A DNA stretch of 64,000 nucleotides, from contig OX597833.1 of assembly GCA_951406725.2 (NCBI GenBank), forward strand, positions 3,658,001-3,722,000, given 5' to 3'. The translations under genes and the position numbers were made by a program. The stretch is from Octopus vulgaris (taxonomy: Eukaryota). Numbering within the stretch: the first letter of the stretch is position 1; each line of letters begins with the position of its first letter. Below are positions 35,176 through 51,692 of this stretch, piece after piece. Under the pieces are notes generated by a model, which searched no databases, was not told the DNA's origin, and worked only from the letters and a program-made list of their open reading frames with translations.

Positions 35176-38100
35176 GATGTCAAGATTTAAGAAATGGTGT
35201 AAAATATTTATAACCGTTGCGTAGATATATAAAAAAACCGAAATGGAAGTAACTTTGTTCTTTTTAGCTTTTAAAATGTCATTACGCCAATTGCTCGGTT
35301 AAAACTATTCCAGAGTAAACTGGATTTAATGAGGGTAAAACGATATTAACCCTAATTTACGATTGAGTGTGTTTTTATCATGAAATAAAACGACGAATTT
35401 CGCAGATAAATTAAACGGGCAAATATTTCTCTGATGGTTTTATGATACAGTTAAAAAAAAAAAAATTTATATAAAATTTTACATTTATGTTGTTTTCAAA
35501 TCCAAATATGTTTGAAGAAATTTCTGTCACATTTTCGTGCTGGTTTGAAATAGTCAAGTTTTTTTTCTTTAACACACTACGTCTTAAAAGGACATTTTTG
35601 GGGATGAAATTCCGCAGTTAATAAGCGTATAAAGAAAACAGTCATTAAGTATTTGACATCAAAGCTGCTTCCAAATAAAAACTGAAAAACATTTACTGAT
35701 TTATGTGAAAGCTGGCCGGCATAGAATTATATTAATATACGCACTTGAATTTAAATTGGAATTAAATTAGAATTATAATTTATATACAAATGTAGATTGG
35801 CCGTAGCGCAACTGGTACTTATTTAATCGACCCAAAAGGATGAAAAGCAAAGTCGACCTCGGCGGAATTTGAACTCAGAACGTAGCGGCAGATGAAATAC
35901 CTATTTCTTTACTACCCACAAGGGGCTAAACACAGAGGGGACAAACAAGGACAGACAAAGGGATTAAGTCGATTACATCGACCCGAGTGCATAACTTGTA
36001 CTTATTTAATCGACCCCGAAAGGATGAAAGGCAAAGTCGACCTCGGCGGAATTTGAACTCAGAACGTAAAGACGGACGAAATACCTCTTAGCATTTCGCC
36101 CGGCGTGCTAACGATTCTGCCAGCTCGCCGCCTTTATCATAAACATTATAGTTAATGTAAACCACAGATTTTGTCATGACATCCAGTCACCAATTCCTTA
36201 CGAAACAACTAATTCATATAATTTTGGAACCTCATCAATGAAATCATTTTCCAGCTTTCTTTAGTTTTTTTTTGTCGGTGAGCTTCTTTACATCTAAAAT
36301 AAAGTTTCTATTCTTAATTCCGAATCTCGTTAATTCAATGATTAGTGACAATCCACAAGCTGCAGGAGACAGTTCCACAGAGATACTGTGAATAGATTTT
36401 ACTCCCCAGCATTTATTTTACCCTAACACACCGAATCAAACATTTACCATCTGTCTACGATACCCCCCCCCCAAAAAAAAAACAAAAAAAACTAGATTTC
36501 TTCTACATTGTCACATCACAGAATCAGAAGCAGACATTTCAGAAAGTCCTCAAAGTACTTCTCGAATTTCTATAGTTTTACATTTAATGACTTTGACACT
36601 TTCTAATTTGCACTCCTATCCAGCGTCCCTCACACACACCACAACATTTTGGCAGTGAAGCATGTCACGTGTTTTTCAGTACATACCGTCACCCAGGAGA
36701 GACAGACAACCGAAACATTAAACATAAGCGCCGGACAAATATAAAGACGAAAGCGTATAACCGGCAACTTGTTATATTATTATCAACCACAAAATTCATA
36801 TAAAACTCCCGTGGCTTTTCCTTCATAATCCGCCTGCAAGCTCTTTTATTTTTCCCTTTCATGTTTGAAATATTATTATATCTCTGATCCCTGCAGTTGT
36901 GTAAGTCTAGCTCGCTTCCCCATTCAGGAAATCAAGTACATTTTCGTGTAATTCTTCGCTTGAAATATCTTTGGCTTGTTTTGTCGCTAAACACAATGTT
37001 TCTTTACTGAAATGTCTGTGGCACCTAAAAATAGTAGCGCAACTGTAAGTTGTTTCACCATCATTTATTTTTGTAACGATTTTGCTCCAGACAAGTTCTT
37101 GAGGACACTGTAGCGCAAGGGACTGGGAAAAAATAGGAAAGAAAAAAGAAAAAGGAAATAACAAAAGGGACCTACAAATTCACATGTCGATTTAAAGACA
37201 GTTTAAAGGAATGATTATCAAAGACCAGTCAAAATCAGACGCAAATATTTGGCTTTTTTCGGTTCTGTTTAATACATATCTTCCGGACCGATAGAAGCCG
37301 ACAAATTTATCACTTCCTTCTGCACATAAATTTATTTTAATATTGTTACCTTTCACTTGTTTCAGTCATTGGGGCAATGTCTTGAAGGATTTTAGTCAAA
37401 CAAATCGACCCCTGTAAATATGTTACCGGTCTCTTTTACTCTTTCGTCGAACTGCTAAATTATAGGGGTGTAAACAAACAAACACCGATTTCCAAGCGGT
37501 GTGGAGACAAACACATCCACAAAGACATGCGCACACACACACTCTAAGATATACACATATACGACGGTATTCAATACAGTTTCCCTTTACCAAATTCACT
37601 CACAAGGCTATAGAAGAAAATACTTGCCCATGATACCGCGCTGTGGGACCGAACCCGAAACCACATGATTGTAAAACGAGCTTCCTAACCATACAAATAC
37701 GCCAGTTCCCGTAGCGATAATGCGCTTCTTTCTGGTACTACTCATTTGATCAATTCCGAAAGGATGAAAAGCCAACTTGACCTCGACAGAAATAAATGTG
37801 TCACCTTCAAATGAATTCTTCATCTCTGCTAATTTTCCTCTACAGAATTGCCACAGAAAAAATTCGTCTATTTGTATCTTTTAGTAAACTACCGTTTACA
37901 TACAGGATGTGGCCCGTCCATATTCATGTGTCCTGTTTCTGCTGTAAAACAGGACACAGGCAGTGTGGCGGGTCATAATTGTGAGCACATCTTAATCTAC
38001 CGCCCAAGTAAGCCACTGTGGCCTACTTGGACGGTAGATTAATCCATCGCCTCGTCTAACACAACTACCTGAGCCTTGGGTGTCTTCAGCAGAGTCCATT

Positions 38101-38534
38101 CCACTTGAAGCATCCTGAAGGCGGGCCACGGCTCCCATTTGAAAAAAAAACCTGCCTAAAGTGTCGGAGGGTCTGTAAAGGGTTGTCGTTACTACACCAC
38201 TCTCAAATAAAAGTTAATCTTTGTCTTCAAAAACTAAAGCATGATTAATTGGCTTGACTTGGCAAATCTAGAGAGACAGATGTAACTAAAGAAGTTGAAG
38301 AAGTGAGGACTGCTAAAAAAAAAAAAAATAAAAATAAAGGAAAAACATGATACGTTTAAGCGTTACTTCGTTACTGATTTTTGTTGAAGACGTATTTTTT
38401 ACGGGGTTAGGGTCCTGATAACAACTTCTTTTTTAAAGCATTTGGAATCTAGAAAATGGGTGAAAATGCAAGCTAAAGTGGAATGTGCGAGAACGCGCGC
38501 GCACGCACACACACACACACACACACGCATGCGC

Positions 38535-38587
<53 letters not shown>

Positions 38588-38628
38588 CATATTACACATA
38601 TTGTATTATATATATATATGTGTGTATG

Positions 38629-38706
<78 letters not shown>

Positions 38707-38717
38707 TACATATATAT

Positions 38718-38764
<47 letters not shown>

Positions 38765-38830
38765 CACACATATATATATATATACATACACATACATACA
38801 CGTATATATGTCTCTATATGTATGTACATG

Positions 38831-38871
<41 letters not shown>

Positions 38872-39018
38872 GTATGTATCTCTCTCACTCATTATATGTG
38901 TGTGCGTGCGTGTGTGTTTTGTGTGTGTGTGTGTGTGAATGTGTATAATGACAGAATCTCACATATGCAAAAAAAAATAGCTTCGAGTGATGGCAGTTTC
39001 TATCATTAACAGCCCCCT

Positions 39019-39055
<37 letters not shown>

Positions 39056-39723
39056 GTACAATTAGACATATATATGCATGTATGGTAACTATACATACAC
39101 ACAAACCTCACAATGTACTTTTAAATTCAGTCAATTGAGGCCTTCATTTATGGCAAGTGCTCTACAACCAACTGGGATTTAGTCGGAGCTATAACCACCG
39201 TCTATGTGAAATGAATAAACGGAAAGACAGCAAGTCGAATATATAAAATATATGATGTGCTTACCTTACGTTATCCTTCTTGGATACCTAAATGGTTTTG
39301 CAATTATTTCTCTAGCTGGTCTAGAAAATGGGAAATTCTAAGAGCTCTGATATGGATAGCAGTCGGTCATACGGGTATGAATATAAAGCAAGCAGACCGT
39401 CCAGCGGGAAAGAATAGAGAGCATTCATATAAAATCGAAGAACTGATGGTTTCAAAGTTAGTGAAAATACCTCCGTGAAGGCTTACTGTTCATAGCAGTC
39501 AACCACGAAGGTTTGAATCATAAAGTTGTGTGTGTGTGTGTAAATAAATACACACGCTCACACATACACAGCCCAAAAATCTTGCCATTCGCAAGCTTCG
39601 AAAATACCTAGTGAGGGCTCTATTTAGAAAATTATTTTAAACGTAAAATGCCTATCTAAACGAATAGCAATGGAACGTTATGATTAGTTTTTGTTGGAAA
39701 ATGCTATAAAACTGATTTAAAAT

Positions 39724-39945
39724 TGGGGATACATACATATATGCATGCACAAATATCAGTAACATCAATGCCAATACAGGGACACACACTAAAATTGATG
39801 TCGGATCTTGTGAATCCAAATTTAAAGTTCGCTTGGACAACCACAGATCTTCTTTCAGGGTCCTGGAGAGACGCAACACAACGACACTCGCGGCATACGT
39901 ATGGCGCCTAAAGGACGACCATACGCCCTTTAACATCGCAATGGA
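39724..39945 (+). mobile_element. Penelope-like GIY-YIG endonuclease relic
   Basis: Translation YIYACTNI...KIDVGSCESKFKVRLDNHRSSFRVLERRNTTTLAAYVWRLKDDHTPFNIA. Confidence 0.7.
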
Positions 39946-40299
39946 ACAAGACAATGTAAATTGTGTATGGCAGAAAAATATATATAATCCTTATGACCTC
40001 ACATGAGCCAGGAGGCTACCTGAACTCCAGGACGGAAGCCATGGGGAGTTGTCCACATTTTCGGAAATTTTTACTTCAAAATTGGAAAACGTAGCTATCA
40101 ATCGAAGGAAAACAACTCGACCGGCCATATAATTTTTAAGAGAAATATTTCTTGAACTATCACCGGCGTTCTTGTGTTTTTTTAAAAAAGAAAACATTCT
40201 TTGCAGAGAACGGTTATCGTTTAGAGAAACTGAAGAGATGTCTAGTTCACGCTAGATATGAAACCAATGGGTTTTTTTCTAAACTGTTACTTTACACAT

Positions 40300-40383
<84 letters not shown>

Positions 40384-43090
40384 AGAGAGAGAGAGAGAGA
40401 GAGAGAGATAAGAATGTATATATATATATATATATGAATCTGTACATACAGTTACCCTCTGTATATACGTACATATATACATATATATGTGCATGTATAT
40501 GTACACATATATATGTATATTTAAACGTATATGTGTAGACATATATCTATATATATAAGTATACATACACATAGATGTATGTATATATATATATGTGTGT
40601 GTGTGTGTGTGAACATGTATACATATATATACACATAAATATGCATATATGTGCGTGTGTGTGGAGGCCTGTATGTGTGTTAATGTGTATATATGTAAAT
40701 AGGCAAATGCACATAGAAACAAACAATACAATCACGCACGCCCACACACAAACACGCAGACACCTACGTATACACCCTACACACATGCCACCCGTTATTA
40801 AATTGGAAAACATGATCCCGTTTTAATTTAAAACACGTTTTTAATGCGACCACGCATTAATATCTCTTACATTTGGGACACCCTACATCAACTTCATAAA
40901 GCTGCAAGCAACAAGACGAACAACAAGTAAAGCAAGCAACAACAACAAGAATAATTCAAGAAAAATTTGATTAAAAAAAATGTTATCTTTTATTTACAAA
41001 GCATTATTTTTTTTAAAAACGAATATATTCTTCCATTTTAATCAGCTGCAATAAACAGAGTCGTCTGCAAAGATTTCACTTATGTGTTATTACTTTGATG
41101 TCTTAAGCACATAAAGATATAAAAATAATGAGTAAAAAAGAAATGATTTCCGTTCATATACCATTTTCGGCAGATATGCCATTCAAATGTTTTCTTTTTT
41201 CATCCATTTTTCGTATACTGTTTTATGTTTTTCGTTCTCTTATCACGATAACTACCGCAGCAGACGATAGACATTTTAAGACGTACTTTCATTTACATGT
41301 GACCGTTGTATTTTTGTGCTTCTTTGTTGCTTTAGTGGTAGCTGTTGTTGTTGTTGTTGTTGATGATGATGATATTGTTATGCTGGAAAAGAAGTTTTAA
41401 AAAAATAACTATATAGGATTCTTTATAAGTATGTACGATTTTATGTATGCACATATGTATGTAAGTATATATGTGCATATTTTGTATAAATGTACATATG
41501 TATCTATATAAATATATGTATATCTATTAATGAATGTGTTTATATATAAATATACATATATTCATGTGTATATGTATATATGCATAAAATATGCACATAT
41601 GTGCGTACATATGTATATATAGATAATTTTTGCGCCTCTTTCTTTGTTTTTCTTCTCTCCTAATCTTCTCTCTCTTTCTTTCTCTCTCTCTCTCTCTCTA
41701 AATATATATATATATATATAATACTTATATAGCTCATACATTCATCTAAACATGAAAACACATACGTACACGCATATATAATATATATACTATTACACAG
41801 TCATGCATACACACGTATACATCTCTCTCTCTCCCTCTCTCCCTCTATCTATATATATACACATACATACATATATATATAAACATAGTAAAAAGGGTAA
41901 TAAAATAAATTATTATTACCAGTGATCTAGCACAAATTTGTCTTTTGTGCTATATATATATATATATATATATAACACTTATATAGCACATACATTCGTC
42001 TATACATGAAAACACATACGTACACTCATATATAATGTATATACTATTACCCAGTCATGCGCACACACGTATACACACGCAGGCACATGCATGTATGTAT
42101 CTGGCTATGAATTTCGCCCAAAACCTGTAAAAATTAAAACTCAAACCTATTTCCTTCGAAGAAAAAATAATGAAGGAAAACTATTAGCACTAAATTACAG
42201 TCCTGTTATTAATACATGGCTGACATCGGAATGTACGCCAGGAGGCAGACTGTGAAACATTATATGAAGGTTCACCAACACAATATTATAGCATTATTGC
42301 CACATCTGAACAAAAGAGTGCAAGTTTCGAGCACGATTTAAAAATCACATCTGTGCTGCTCATGTTTTAAGAGAACAATGGAACGACGGCGATACTCGAC
42401 ATCGACTTGCTACCATCACACACACACACACGCGCGCGCGCGTTGATATCGAATAGTGAGAATAGGTGCACAACATCGTATTTCTATTCATGGGTTAACA
42501 AGGCTACCAATGGTTTCATGTGAAAAAATCGTCACAATTGTTCAAGCGTGCCATACACTCACATTCACACTTATATATATATATAGGGAAAATTCAAAAA
42601 AACAAAAGACGAAGGTGGTGTAGACAACAAACAGATGTATTAGTATAACGCTCGGGAAGTGAAAAAGTTTTTATACATGTGCATGTAGGAGTGTGTATTT
42701 ATAAAATTGGTTTATTAATATCTACGTACATAGGAATACAGTAATTTGTATACATGAATGCATACCCCAACACTCACACACACACACACATACACACACA
42801 CACACACACACGTACGTGTTCACATATCGACACACGTACACACATATAAATATTTACTTTTTAGAAATATACGAAAAGTTATATGAAAATGTCAAAAATA
42901 CTTGTATTATGCATGTATGTATGTATGTTTTTATATGTATCTATGTATGTGTGTGTGTATATATATGTATATGCTTTGCATATATATTTATATTTATACA
43001 AACATGGATACAGACATATATACACATACATAAAGCATAAACTTATACATATATATACACATGCATATATATACATATATATGTATACAT

Positions 43091-43121
<31 letters not shown>

Positions 43122-43219
43122 CATATGTATGTATCTATATATATTTACATATACATACATGTTTATAAGTATATATGTGTGTATGCACACACATATATGT
43201 ATAAATATATTTGCATGCA

Positions 43220-43275
<56 letters not shown>

Positions 43276-43856
43276 TATACAAACGAAACCTCGTGAGTGT
43301 GTTTGTGAGAAACCGAAAGAAGCCTGGCATGCATATGTGTAGGTGTGAATGTGTGTGTGTGTATGTGTGTGTGTGTGTGTGTGTATGTGCGTGTGTGTGT
43401 GATTTAATTAACTGTCTTATATAATCTACATATACAAACGCATACCCACACACTTCAACACACACACACAGACATACGCACACATATTTACACGTGGTTT
43501 AAATTTGACATTAATATGCATAATGATGCAAGTTTGGTTCATTTAAACAGATGCATTTGATAAACATTGACAAATTAGTTCTTGTTTGTTGCACTCGAAG
43601 AAATCTCTAGCCTTGGTCTTTGCGTCCATCCTGATTTACAGATGGTAAATATCCAATTGACAGGGGCGCCCTCTAGCGACTTCCTTTGACATTTTGTTGT
43701 TGATCAGATGACCTAATTTGCATTTGGCGCCAAATATTGTTTTTATTTTTTATTTTCATTTTACATTTTTTTAATTATATTTTTTTTCTGCCATGCAAGT
43801 GTTTTGGACTGAAGCAAAAACATGTTCAAGGCAAACTAGAGTGTCGTAAGTGCTCC

Positions 43857-43865
43857 GATGATGAC

Positions 43866-43905
<40 letters not shown>

Positions 43906-44137
43906 GTGGCGATGACGACGACGACGACGACGAAGATGATGACGATGATGATGACGATGATGATGATGATGATGATGATAATGATGACGATGATGACAAA
44001 GGTGATGATGATGACGATGATGACGATAATGATGACGATGATGACGATAATGATATGATGGTGATGATGACGACGATGATGATGATGACGATGATGATGA
44101 TGACGACGATGAAGATGATGATGATGATAATGATGAC

Positions 44138-44169
<32 letters not shown>

Positions 44170-44280
44170 CGATGATGATGATAATGATGATGATGATGAT
44201 GATGACGATGACGATGATGATGACGGTGATGATGATGAGGATGGTGAAGATGGTGACGATTATGACGATGATGAAGATGC
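43857..44280. repeat. (GAT/GAC)n microsatellite
   Basis: Directly visible. Confidence 0.95.
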
Positions 44281-44711
44281 ACATATCAGAGATGCACATA
44301 TTGTCAGCCACCCACAGACTTGCTCAACTGATTAAGTCGATTACATCGACCCCAGTGCGTAACTGGTACTTATTTAATCGAGCCTGAAAGGATGAAAGGC
44401 AAAGTTGACCTCGGCGGAATTTGAACTCAGAACGTAACGGCAGACGAAATACGGCTACGCATTTCGTGCTAACGATTCTTATTTCTTTACTACTCACAAG
44501 GGGCTAAACATAGAAGGGACAAACAAGGACAGACAAACGGATTAAGTCAATCAGATTGACCCCAGTGCGTAACTGGTACTTAATTTATCGACCCCGAAAG
44601 GATGAAAGGCAAAGTCGATCTCGGCGGAATTTGAACTCAGAACGTAGCGACAGACGAAATACTGCTAAGCATTTCGCCCGGCGTGCTAACGCTTCTGCCA
44701 GCTCGCCGCCT

Positions 44712-44781
<70 letters not shown>

Positions 44782-45423
44782 CATGTTTTTAGTATCAAAA
44801 ATTTAAAAGTAGTCATTGTCATGATAAATGCTAAACCAAGACAAAGCAGAACAGCAGGCGGAGGAGGAGGAGGAGGAGGAGGAAGAGGAGATAACAGTAA
44901 CTGGATCTGCAACATTAACAACAACCACAATAAGACAAAAACAAAGGAAACAAGAAGCAAACCAGATGACAAACGGAGCAGAAAGAAGACACGTGTTTAA
45001 CAATAAGTGGCTGCTTCCGTGAAAAAACCTGATTGTGCACTTCCAGTCTCTGCTCTTTACGTGACACATTTGCAAACGATATCTCGTACAATTGGAGAGG
45101 TCAGAAGTCATAAGAGGACAAGGGGTCATGCTGGAAAGCGATCAGTCATTGACCTATAATAGAGATTGTGCAGCAGCAGCAAGAACAGCAATAACAATGG
45201 AGGGAAACGGAAGAAGGGGCCAATCCAGCTGAGTGTTAAATCGTTACTCGTTAATATAGTGTTTCTCATAGGGGGTGGAAGGTTTCTCCCTTATTTCCGA
45301 GGCTGGGGCTGTGGAGACTGAAAAGAGGTCGGGAAAATGGTTGTATCAGTGTGCACATTGCGTTTCCAATAATTTAAACTGAATTTTAAAACTTCTCTAC
45401 CACCATGACCACCAATGGAGAAT

Positions 45424-45935
45424 TACGAGGGGTGCTGAAAAGTTCCTGGTTTTAAGGGTGTCACGAAAGGCCTGGCTGGAGGTTCAACCTTCTGAGTTAT
45501 TTTACAGGACTTAGAAAAACTGAAGGACCTCTGCAATATGTGAGTCTGAGAGGGGAATATGTGGGATAAAATCGTAATTATCAGATCTTCCTGTATTTTC
45601 TTTTACCCAAAAAACCAGGAATTTTTCAGTACTTCTTCGTACGTATATGAATACTACAGACTCCATATTCGACTCCTTGGGGAACAAAACAAATCCTACC
45701 GATACGAGGGGGTGTTTATTAAAGGTTTCCCCTGACCCACTTCGTTTATTGCAGGAAATGGATCTTGTACAGGTATAATCATACATGTCTCTGTATTATC
45801 ACATTGTAAATTGTAGCTTTCCACTAAAATTCGTTGCTCAGATGAAAGCACATTCCTGTGGCTATGAAATACTTCCTCATCTCCCTTACTTTCCCTTCCT
45901 CGCACCATCTGACTTCCACCTCTTTCAAACCATGA
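45424..45935 (+). mobile_element. Mariner relics: TA-flanked MITE (45424-45640) and deleted element with transposase fragment (45703-45935)
   Basis: TIR cgaggggtgctgaaaagttcctgg / ccaggaatttttcagtacttcttcg. GYEILPHLPYFPFLAPSDFHLF resembles the mariner YSPDLAPSDF motif. Confidence 0.8.
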
Positions 45936-47660
45936 AACTCGTGTTTCAGTTGCTGCTGTTGCTGTTGCTGTTGAGCGAAAGGTCTTCGTCCCAGAGCTCG
46001 CAAGATGGGAGAAGTCCGAAACGTGGTCCTTTGCTATTCGTAAGACCCGCAGAAGAGTAAGCAGGTCAACCCCCGACACCGACAGCATCCACGGAAGGAT
46101 GAATGCGCATCCAGGCTCAGCGGTTGCGTAGGAAGTCGGGGAGGACAAGAAACAGGAAGAAAGAGTGAGAGAAAGTTGGAGCGAAAGAGTACAACAGGGG
46201 TCGCCACCACCCCCTGCCGGAGCCTCGTGGAGCTTTAGGTGTTTTCGCTCAATAAACACACACAACGCCCGGTCTGGGAATCGAATTTTGTTGCTGCTGA
46301 AACACGAGTAAAGATTGTGTAATTCATGATTTTACAATAAATACGATGAACTAAATCTACTGTTTTATTCTGCTTTTGATCCGTCCGTCCGTCCGTCCGT
46401 CCGTCCGTCCGTCCGTCCGTCCGTCTGTCCGTCCGTTCGTCCGTCCGTCCGTCCGTCCGTCCGTCCATCCGTCCATCCGTCCGTCCGTCCGTCCGTCCGT
46501 CCGTCCACCCGTCCATCCATTCATCCATCCATCCATCCATCCATCCATCCATCTTTGTCTATCTATGCTTAACCTATTGAAAAACAGCGAACCATTAAAA
46601 CATTTACTAATGGCGAGACTATACATCCAGTAGAATAGAATTCATTGGTTTGACTGGGAGTTGAAGTTTCGCCTTCAATGTGTGTGTGTGTCTGCCCCTC
46701 CTCCCACACACACAGCCATCGCACTGGACTCAAACAACGTCCACACAAAAACGACTCCCTTTGACACAATCCCTTGCAAATCTAAATATATGAATACAAA
46801 GCTTAAAAAATGCATAAAAAACGGAATAAAATAAAGACATTTACACAAATATATACACACGCGCACGCGCTCTGTGTCTGTCTCTCTTTCTCCCCCTCCC
46901 CCAACACCAATCTCTCCGACACACACGCTCACGTGCACACACGCATCTACACATGTTTACACCCATAGCTGTACCACATTAAACGGCCTCAGTCATCGGC
47001 AGCCCGACCCATTTCCTCATTATAGACATACAAGAATAAAACAAGGTCAATGACTCGAGAATGGAAAACGGTAAATCCTTCGTGCTTGCCCTCTCCGCGC
47101 CTCCGCCGCCGCCCTCCCCTCTTCTTCTTCTTCTCCTCCTCCTCTCCATCGCGACCTTCGCCGCCGCAATGTTGTCAGTGTCTATAAACACTCGAGTGTC
47201 CAAAAAAAAAAAAAAAAGGAGGTAAACGTACTCTATTAAAATGGCTGCTGCCTGACATTCGGAGATCTAATTAGGAAGACAACGACAGCAAAACGATGAT
47301 GATGACGATGATGAGGATGATGATTATGATGATGATGATGATGATGATGATTATGATGGTGGTGGTGGTGTTGGTGGGGACGGTGATGGTGGTGATGGCC
47401 ATAATGATAATGATAACGGTGATGATGATAGTAATGGTGATAATGGTGATGATGATGATGAGAATTGTGTCAATGATGATGATGGTTATGGTGATGATGG
47501 TGATGATAAATGATAGTCTCGTATTTAGGTTGAGTAGATTGTATGAAGAGGTTCGCCTTTGATTCATATTGAAGTTATAAAGGTGTGTGTGTGTGTATAT
47601 CTATATACATAAACACATACATTATATATATATGTGTGTGTGTGTGTATAAGTATAGATA

Positions 47661-47773
<113 letters not shown>

Positions 47774-48130
47774 ATATCAATCTATATATATATATATATA
47801 TATACACACACAAAATTAAGACGAATGAACATTAAAGTGGGCACCCTATATGCTAAACATAGACGTCAAATCGTCATTATCACGAAGAATGTGTTCCCAA
47901 GAAAAAATCTCACCAAAACGCCATTTTGGCGTTTTGCTGAGATTTTGGATAAAAAGAAAATTATACAAATGAATCCTTCGAATTTTAACTAAATTCTATA
48001 TTTTTGTGCAGCTGAAGATTGCTCTACATTTTAAATTGATGTAATGTTTGCACTGTTCAATTAAATGGAGTCGCATGAAACGATCGTAGTGCATTACCTC
48101 TGGATATCCTTGCTGCTTATTTTGATGATA

Positions 48131-48180
<50 letters not shown>

Positions 48181-48544
48181 TTACACACACACACACACTA
48201 ATGGTAGTTTCCCGTGCCCAAGGCAAACGGTTCTGCGATTTCTAGCAGAGCTGCCAATTCGGATGATTTGTTTATTTAGCGATCAAACGTTTGTGTTGCG
48301 CGTCAGTTCAGTCTTTCCATTAAATCGACATTGGTTGGTGCTGGTGCAAAAGTGCCTGCCCCCCGCCACTCGTCAGGTATCGATGTTATTCTTGCAAAGC
48401 AACGAGAGATGAAGTACCTTGATGAAGAACACAAATGCATCGCATGGCCCCTGGGGGGTCGGACTCGTGATCTGGAGATTGTGAACGGGGCACCAGAAAC
48501 ACATACGAACACACACACACACACGTGTAGACACATACACACAA

Positions 48545-48720
48545 ACACACACACACACATGCACACACTAGTGGTAGTTTCTCGTGCCTACACACACACA
48601 CACAAACACACACACATGCACACACTAGTGGTAGCTTCTCGTGCCTACACACACACACACACAAACACACACACATGCACACACTAGTGGTAGTTTCTCG
48701 TGCCTACACACACACACACA
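48545..48720. repeat. Three ~57-bp tandem units with core cacactagtggtagtttctcgtgcctaca
   Basis: Core recurs three times between CA runs; a related copy sits near 48195. Confidence 0.85.
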
Positions 48721-48859
48721 TACATACACACGCACGCACATATAAACACACATACACACACACACGTGTATGTGGATACTCCTTGTGATCTCTCTCCTAC
48801 GATAACCACAAACCGTCTCGTGACGTCTAACATTACAACATTACATCACCATTATCCAA

Positions 48860-48890
<31 letters not shown>

Positions 48891-49402
48891 TCATCATAAC
48901 CAACACCACAACCGCCGCCACCACCACCACCACCACCACCACCACCACAACCATCACCACCATCACCACCATCATCATCATCATAACCAACACCAAAACC
49001 GCCGCCGCCACCACCAACACCGCCACTACCACCACCACCACCACCACCACCATCACCACTACCACCACCACCACCTCCACCACCATCACCACTACCACTA
49101 CCACCACCACCACCACCATCACCACTACCACCACCACCATCACAACGGCAACTAGCATCGTCACACACCGCCGCCTTTACCGCTGCTAACACCACCACCA
49201 TCAGCAGCACCAAGACCTGCACCACCACCCAAACAACAACAACAACAACAGCACCACCACCCAAACAACAACAGCAACAACAACAACAACAACAACAACA
49301 ATACCTCTAGTGCGTTGTTTCCTGTTTGCCATTTCGGTCTTTAAGTACCGCCTCCTGGAACAGTCAATACACCAAAGTCGAAGAACACTAACAACAACAA
49401 AA

Positions 49403-49467
<65 letters not shown>

Positions 49468-49701
49468 AATTCTACTACTATATCATTAAATTGGTAGATT
49501 ACGTTCCAAATCATTTCGTATTATCATGTCCTAGTTTAGTGTCCTAAATATCAACACAATGTTTTTTAAGGTGTTGGAATCCAATATTTTTCACTGCTAA
49601 ATTAAAGGTCCTTCCTCATTCTTCCTGTGCCATTTGTCAAAAACGAACAGACGTAAGTCCTCGTTTACTTTCCGTAGTGAAACAGGAGCAACGATCGACA
49701 C

Positions 49702-49727
49702 TCAAAGCTTTCCATGGGGTTTCGAAC
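49702..49727 (-). CDS. Putative terminal coding exon of the TSP1/TM gene (SKPHGKL*)
   Basis: Acceptor tttttcactctccaacag; phase 1 continues from the 50532 donor to TGA at 49702-49704. Confidence 0.5.
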
Positions 49728-50043
49728 CTGTTGGAGAGTGAAAAATGATATTTAACAGTGAATTCCTGCAGAAGGCCTTGCCAGCAGATAAATTAAAAGA
49801 TAGAAGAGAGAAAAGACAGATGGCTAACCAGCTACATTGGTATATGCGTGTACGTAACGGGTACTCAATTTATCAGCCCCGAAAGAATGAAAGGCAAAGT
49901 CAACCCCGGTTGCATTTGAACTCAGAACGCGATGACTAACGATTCTTTTCTACTCTAGGCCCAAAGCTTGAATTTTTGGGGGAGGGGGCTAGTCGATTAC
50001 ATATTTTTATCTATAGGTACTATGTATACAGAAATATATGTAA

Positions 50044-50099
<56 letters not shown>

Positions 50100-50531
50100 A
50101 TACAAAAATGGAACAGGACCGCAACAGGCGACAACAAGACATCCAGACAGTTGGATGATACAAAAAGCGACATGAAAAAACAAGGACGGGTCATTCGGAG
50201 TCGAGTTCCAGATTATCTTTGCAGTTTCGGCTGGTTATACTCGAGACTGCTCCAATCTGGCCAGCTCGAAAGAAAATCTAAGCTGAGAGCACTAGATTCC
50301 TTGGAAGAAAGCACAGAATGTATACGAAAACAAGGACAGAAAATAGACGGAGAAATGGTACACAAATACAAATGCAAACAACAGGACATTAACAATAGGT
50401 GTCTTTCGACTAAGGACGAATTAAATTAAGCTGGCGTGTGTGGAAGTCAAGCCTTACGGCAGGGACATAAGAGATGACCGGCATGGTCATAGATGTTGCA
50501 CGGATATATATATATTTGGTGCAATACTTAC

Positions 50532-50588
50532 TGAGCATACCTTGTGTGTCATCATGGAAAAGAATACTTTCAGATGCGGCTCCATATG
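50532..50588 (-). CDS. Cytoplasmic-tail exon of the TSP1/TM gene (AYGAASESILFHDDTQGML)
   Basis: Acceptor cctattttcag, donor gtaagt, 57 nt, phase 1/1, open frame. Confidence 0.65.
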
Positions 50589-50845
50589 CTGAAAATAGGA
50601 ATATAAACAGGTTATGTTAGGTGTTTTGAAAGTTTGGAATATCTGGGCCAAATCGGCGAGCGGGAAAAGACTAAGAGAAGTTTCAGACCGAATCAGGATA
50701 CTTTCTCAGCAGATAAAACACCACGTATACGTATGCGCATTCATGCATGTATCTATCCCTTCCATCCGTCCGTCCGTCCGTACATACATACATACCTACT
50801 TATTGTCGCAAAACGCAAACATACACACAACACAAACATAAACAC

Positions 50846-50903
<58 letters not shown>

Positions 50904-51573
50904 TACTCATTAGAAACGCATCGACAAGTACACATATACGGATATGCACGCATTAGCACACACGCCAACAGGGCAACTTGTATGTGTAGTTTGACCAGGT
51001 AGAAATAATAGTCCGATATTCTTCATGTCATATCGCACCGTCTTAAAAACGTAAGGAAACATAGAATAATGTAGGCCAAGGTACACTTAGCCTGAATGAA
51101 ACTAGGAGCGAATACGGGGTGGGAATGCATCTTTGATCACAGATTTCCCTTGGTTTAAACAACAACACATACGGTTAAAAACACTAGCAACACATAACAC
51201 TCGCACACACACACACACATGTACTTTCTCGCATACACACACATACACACGTACATATTTTCTCGCACACACACATATAAACGCACACTATATCATAATT
51301 AGGCATCATGCTAATTTTGTTGAAAAGCAAAGTGGGAGAGAATAATTAAAGAATAATTACTAATTAATTAATTTTTTCTGTCGCCAAGAAGAATAAAATT
51401 GTAACATTTCAGACGGGACTGATATTTGTGACAACGAAGTTTCGCTTCGGATAGCTTATCAGACAGCGTTGCTTCATAAGTGATTCTTAGCGAAACCTCG
51501 TTGCAACAACACTAGATTCTATTCAAACCATTTGACTTTCTCTTCCTCAAAACATATCAACTTATTTCAATGC

Positions 51574-51692
<119 letters not shown>

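Noticed and set aside
46979-47203. Coding first exon (MERRRRRRRGEGGGG...) on the minus strand
   Set aside because: Low-complexity GC-rich patch ending in a stop with no domain. It may be a promoter or UTR, but I could not link it to coding exons at 30.3-30.5, 31.2-31.4 or 36.7-37.1 kb.
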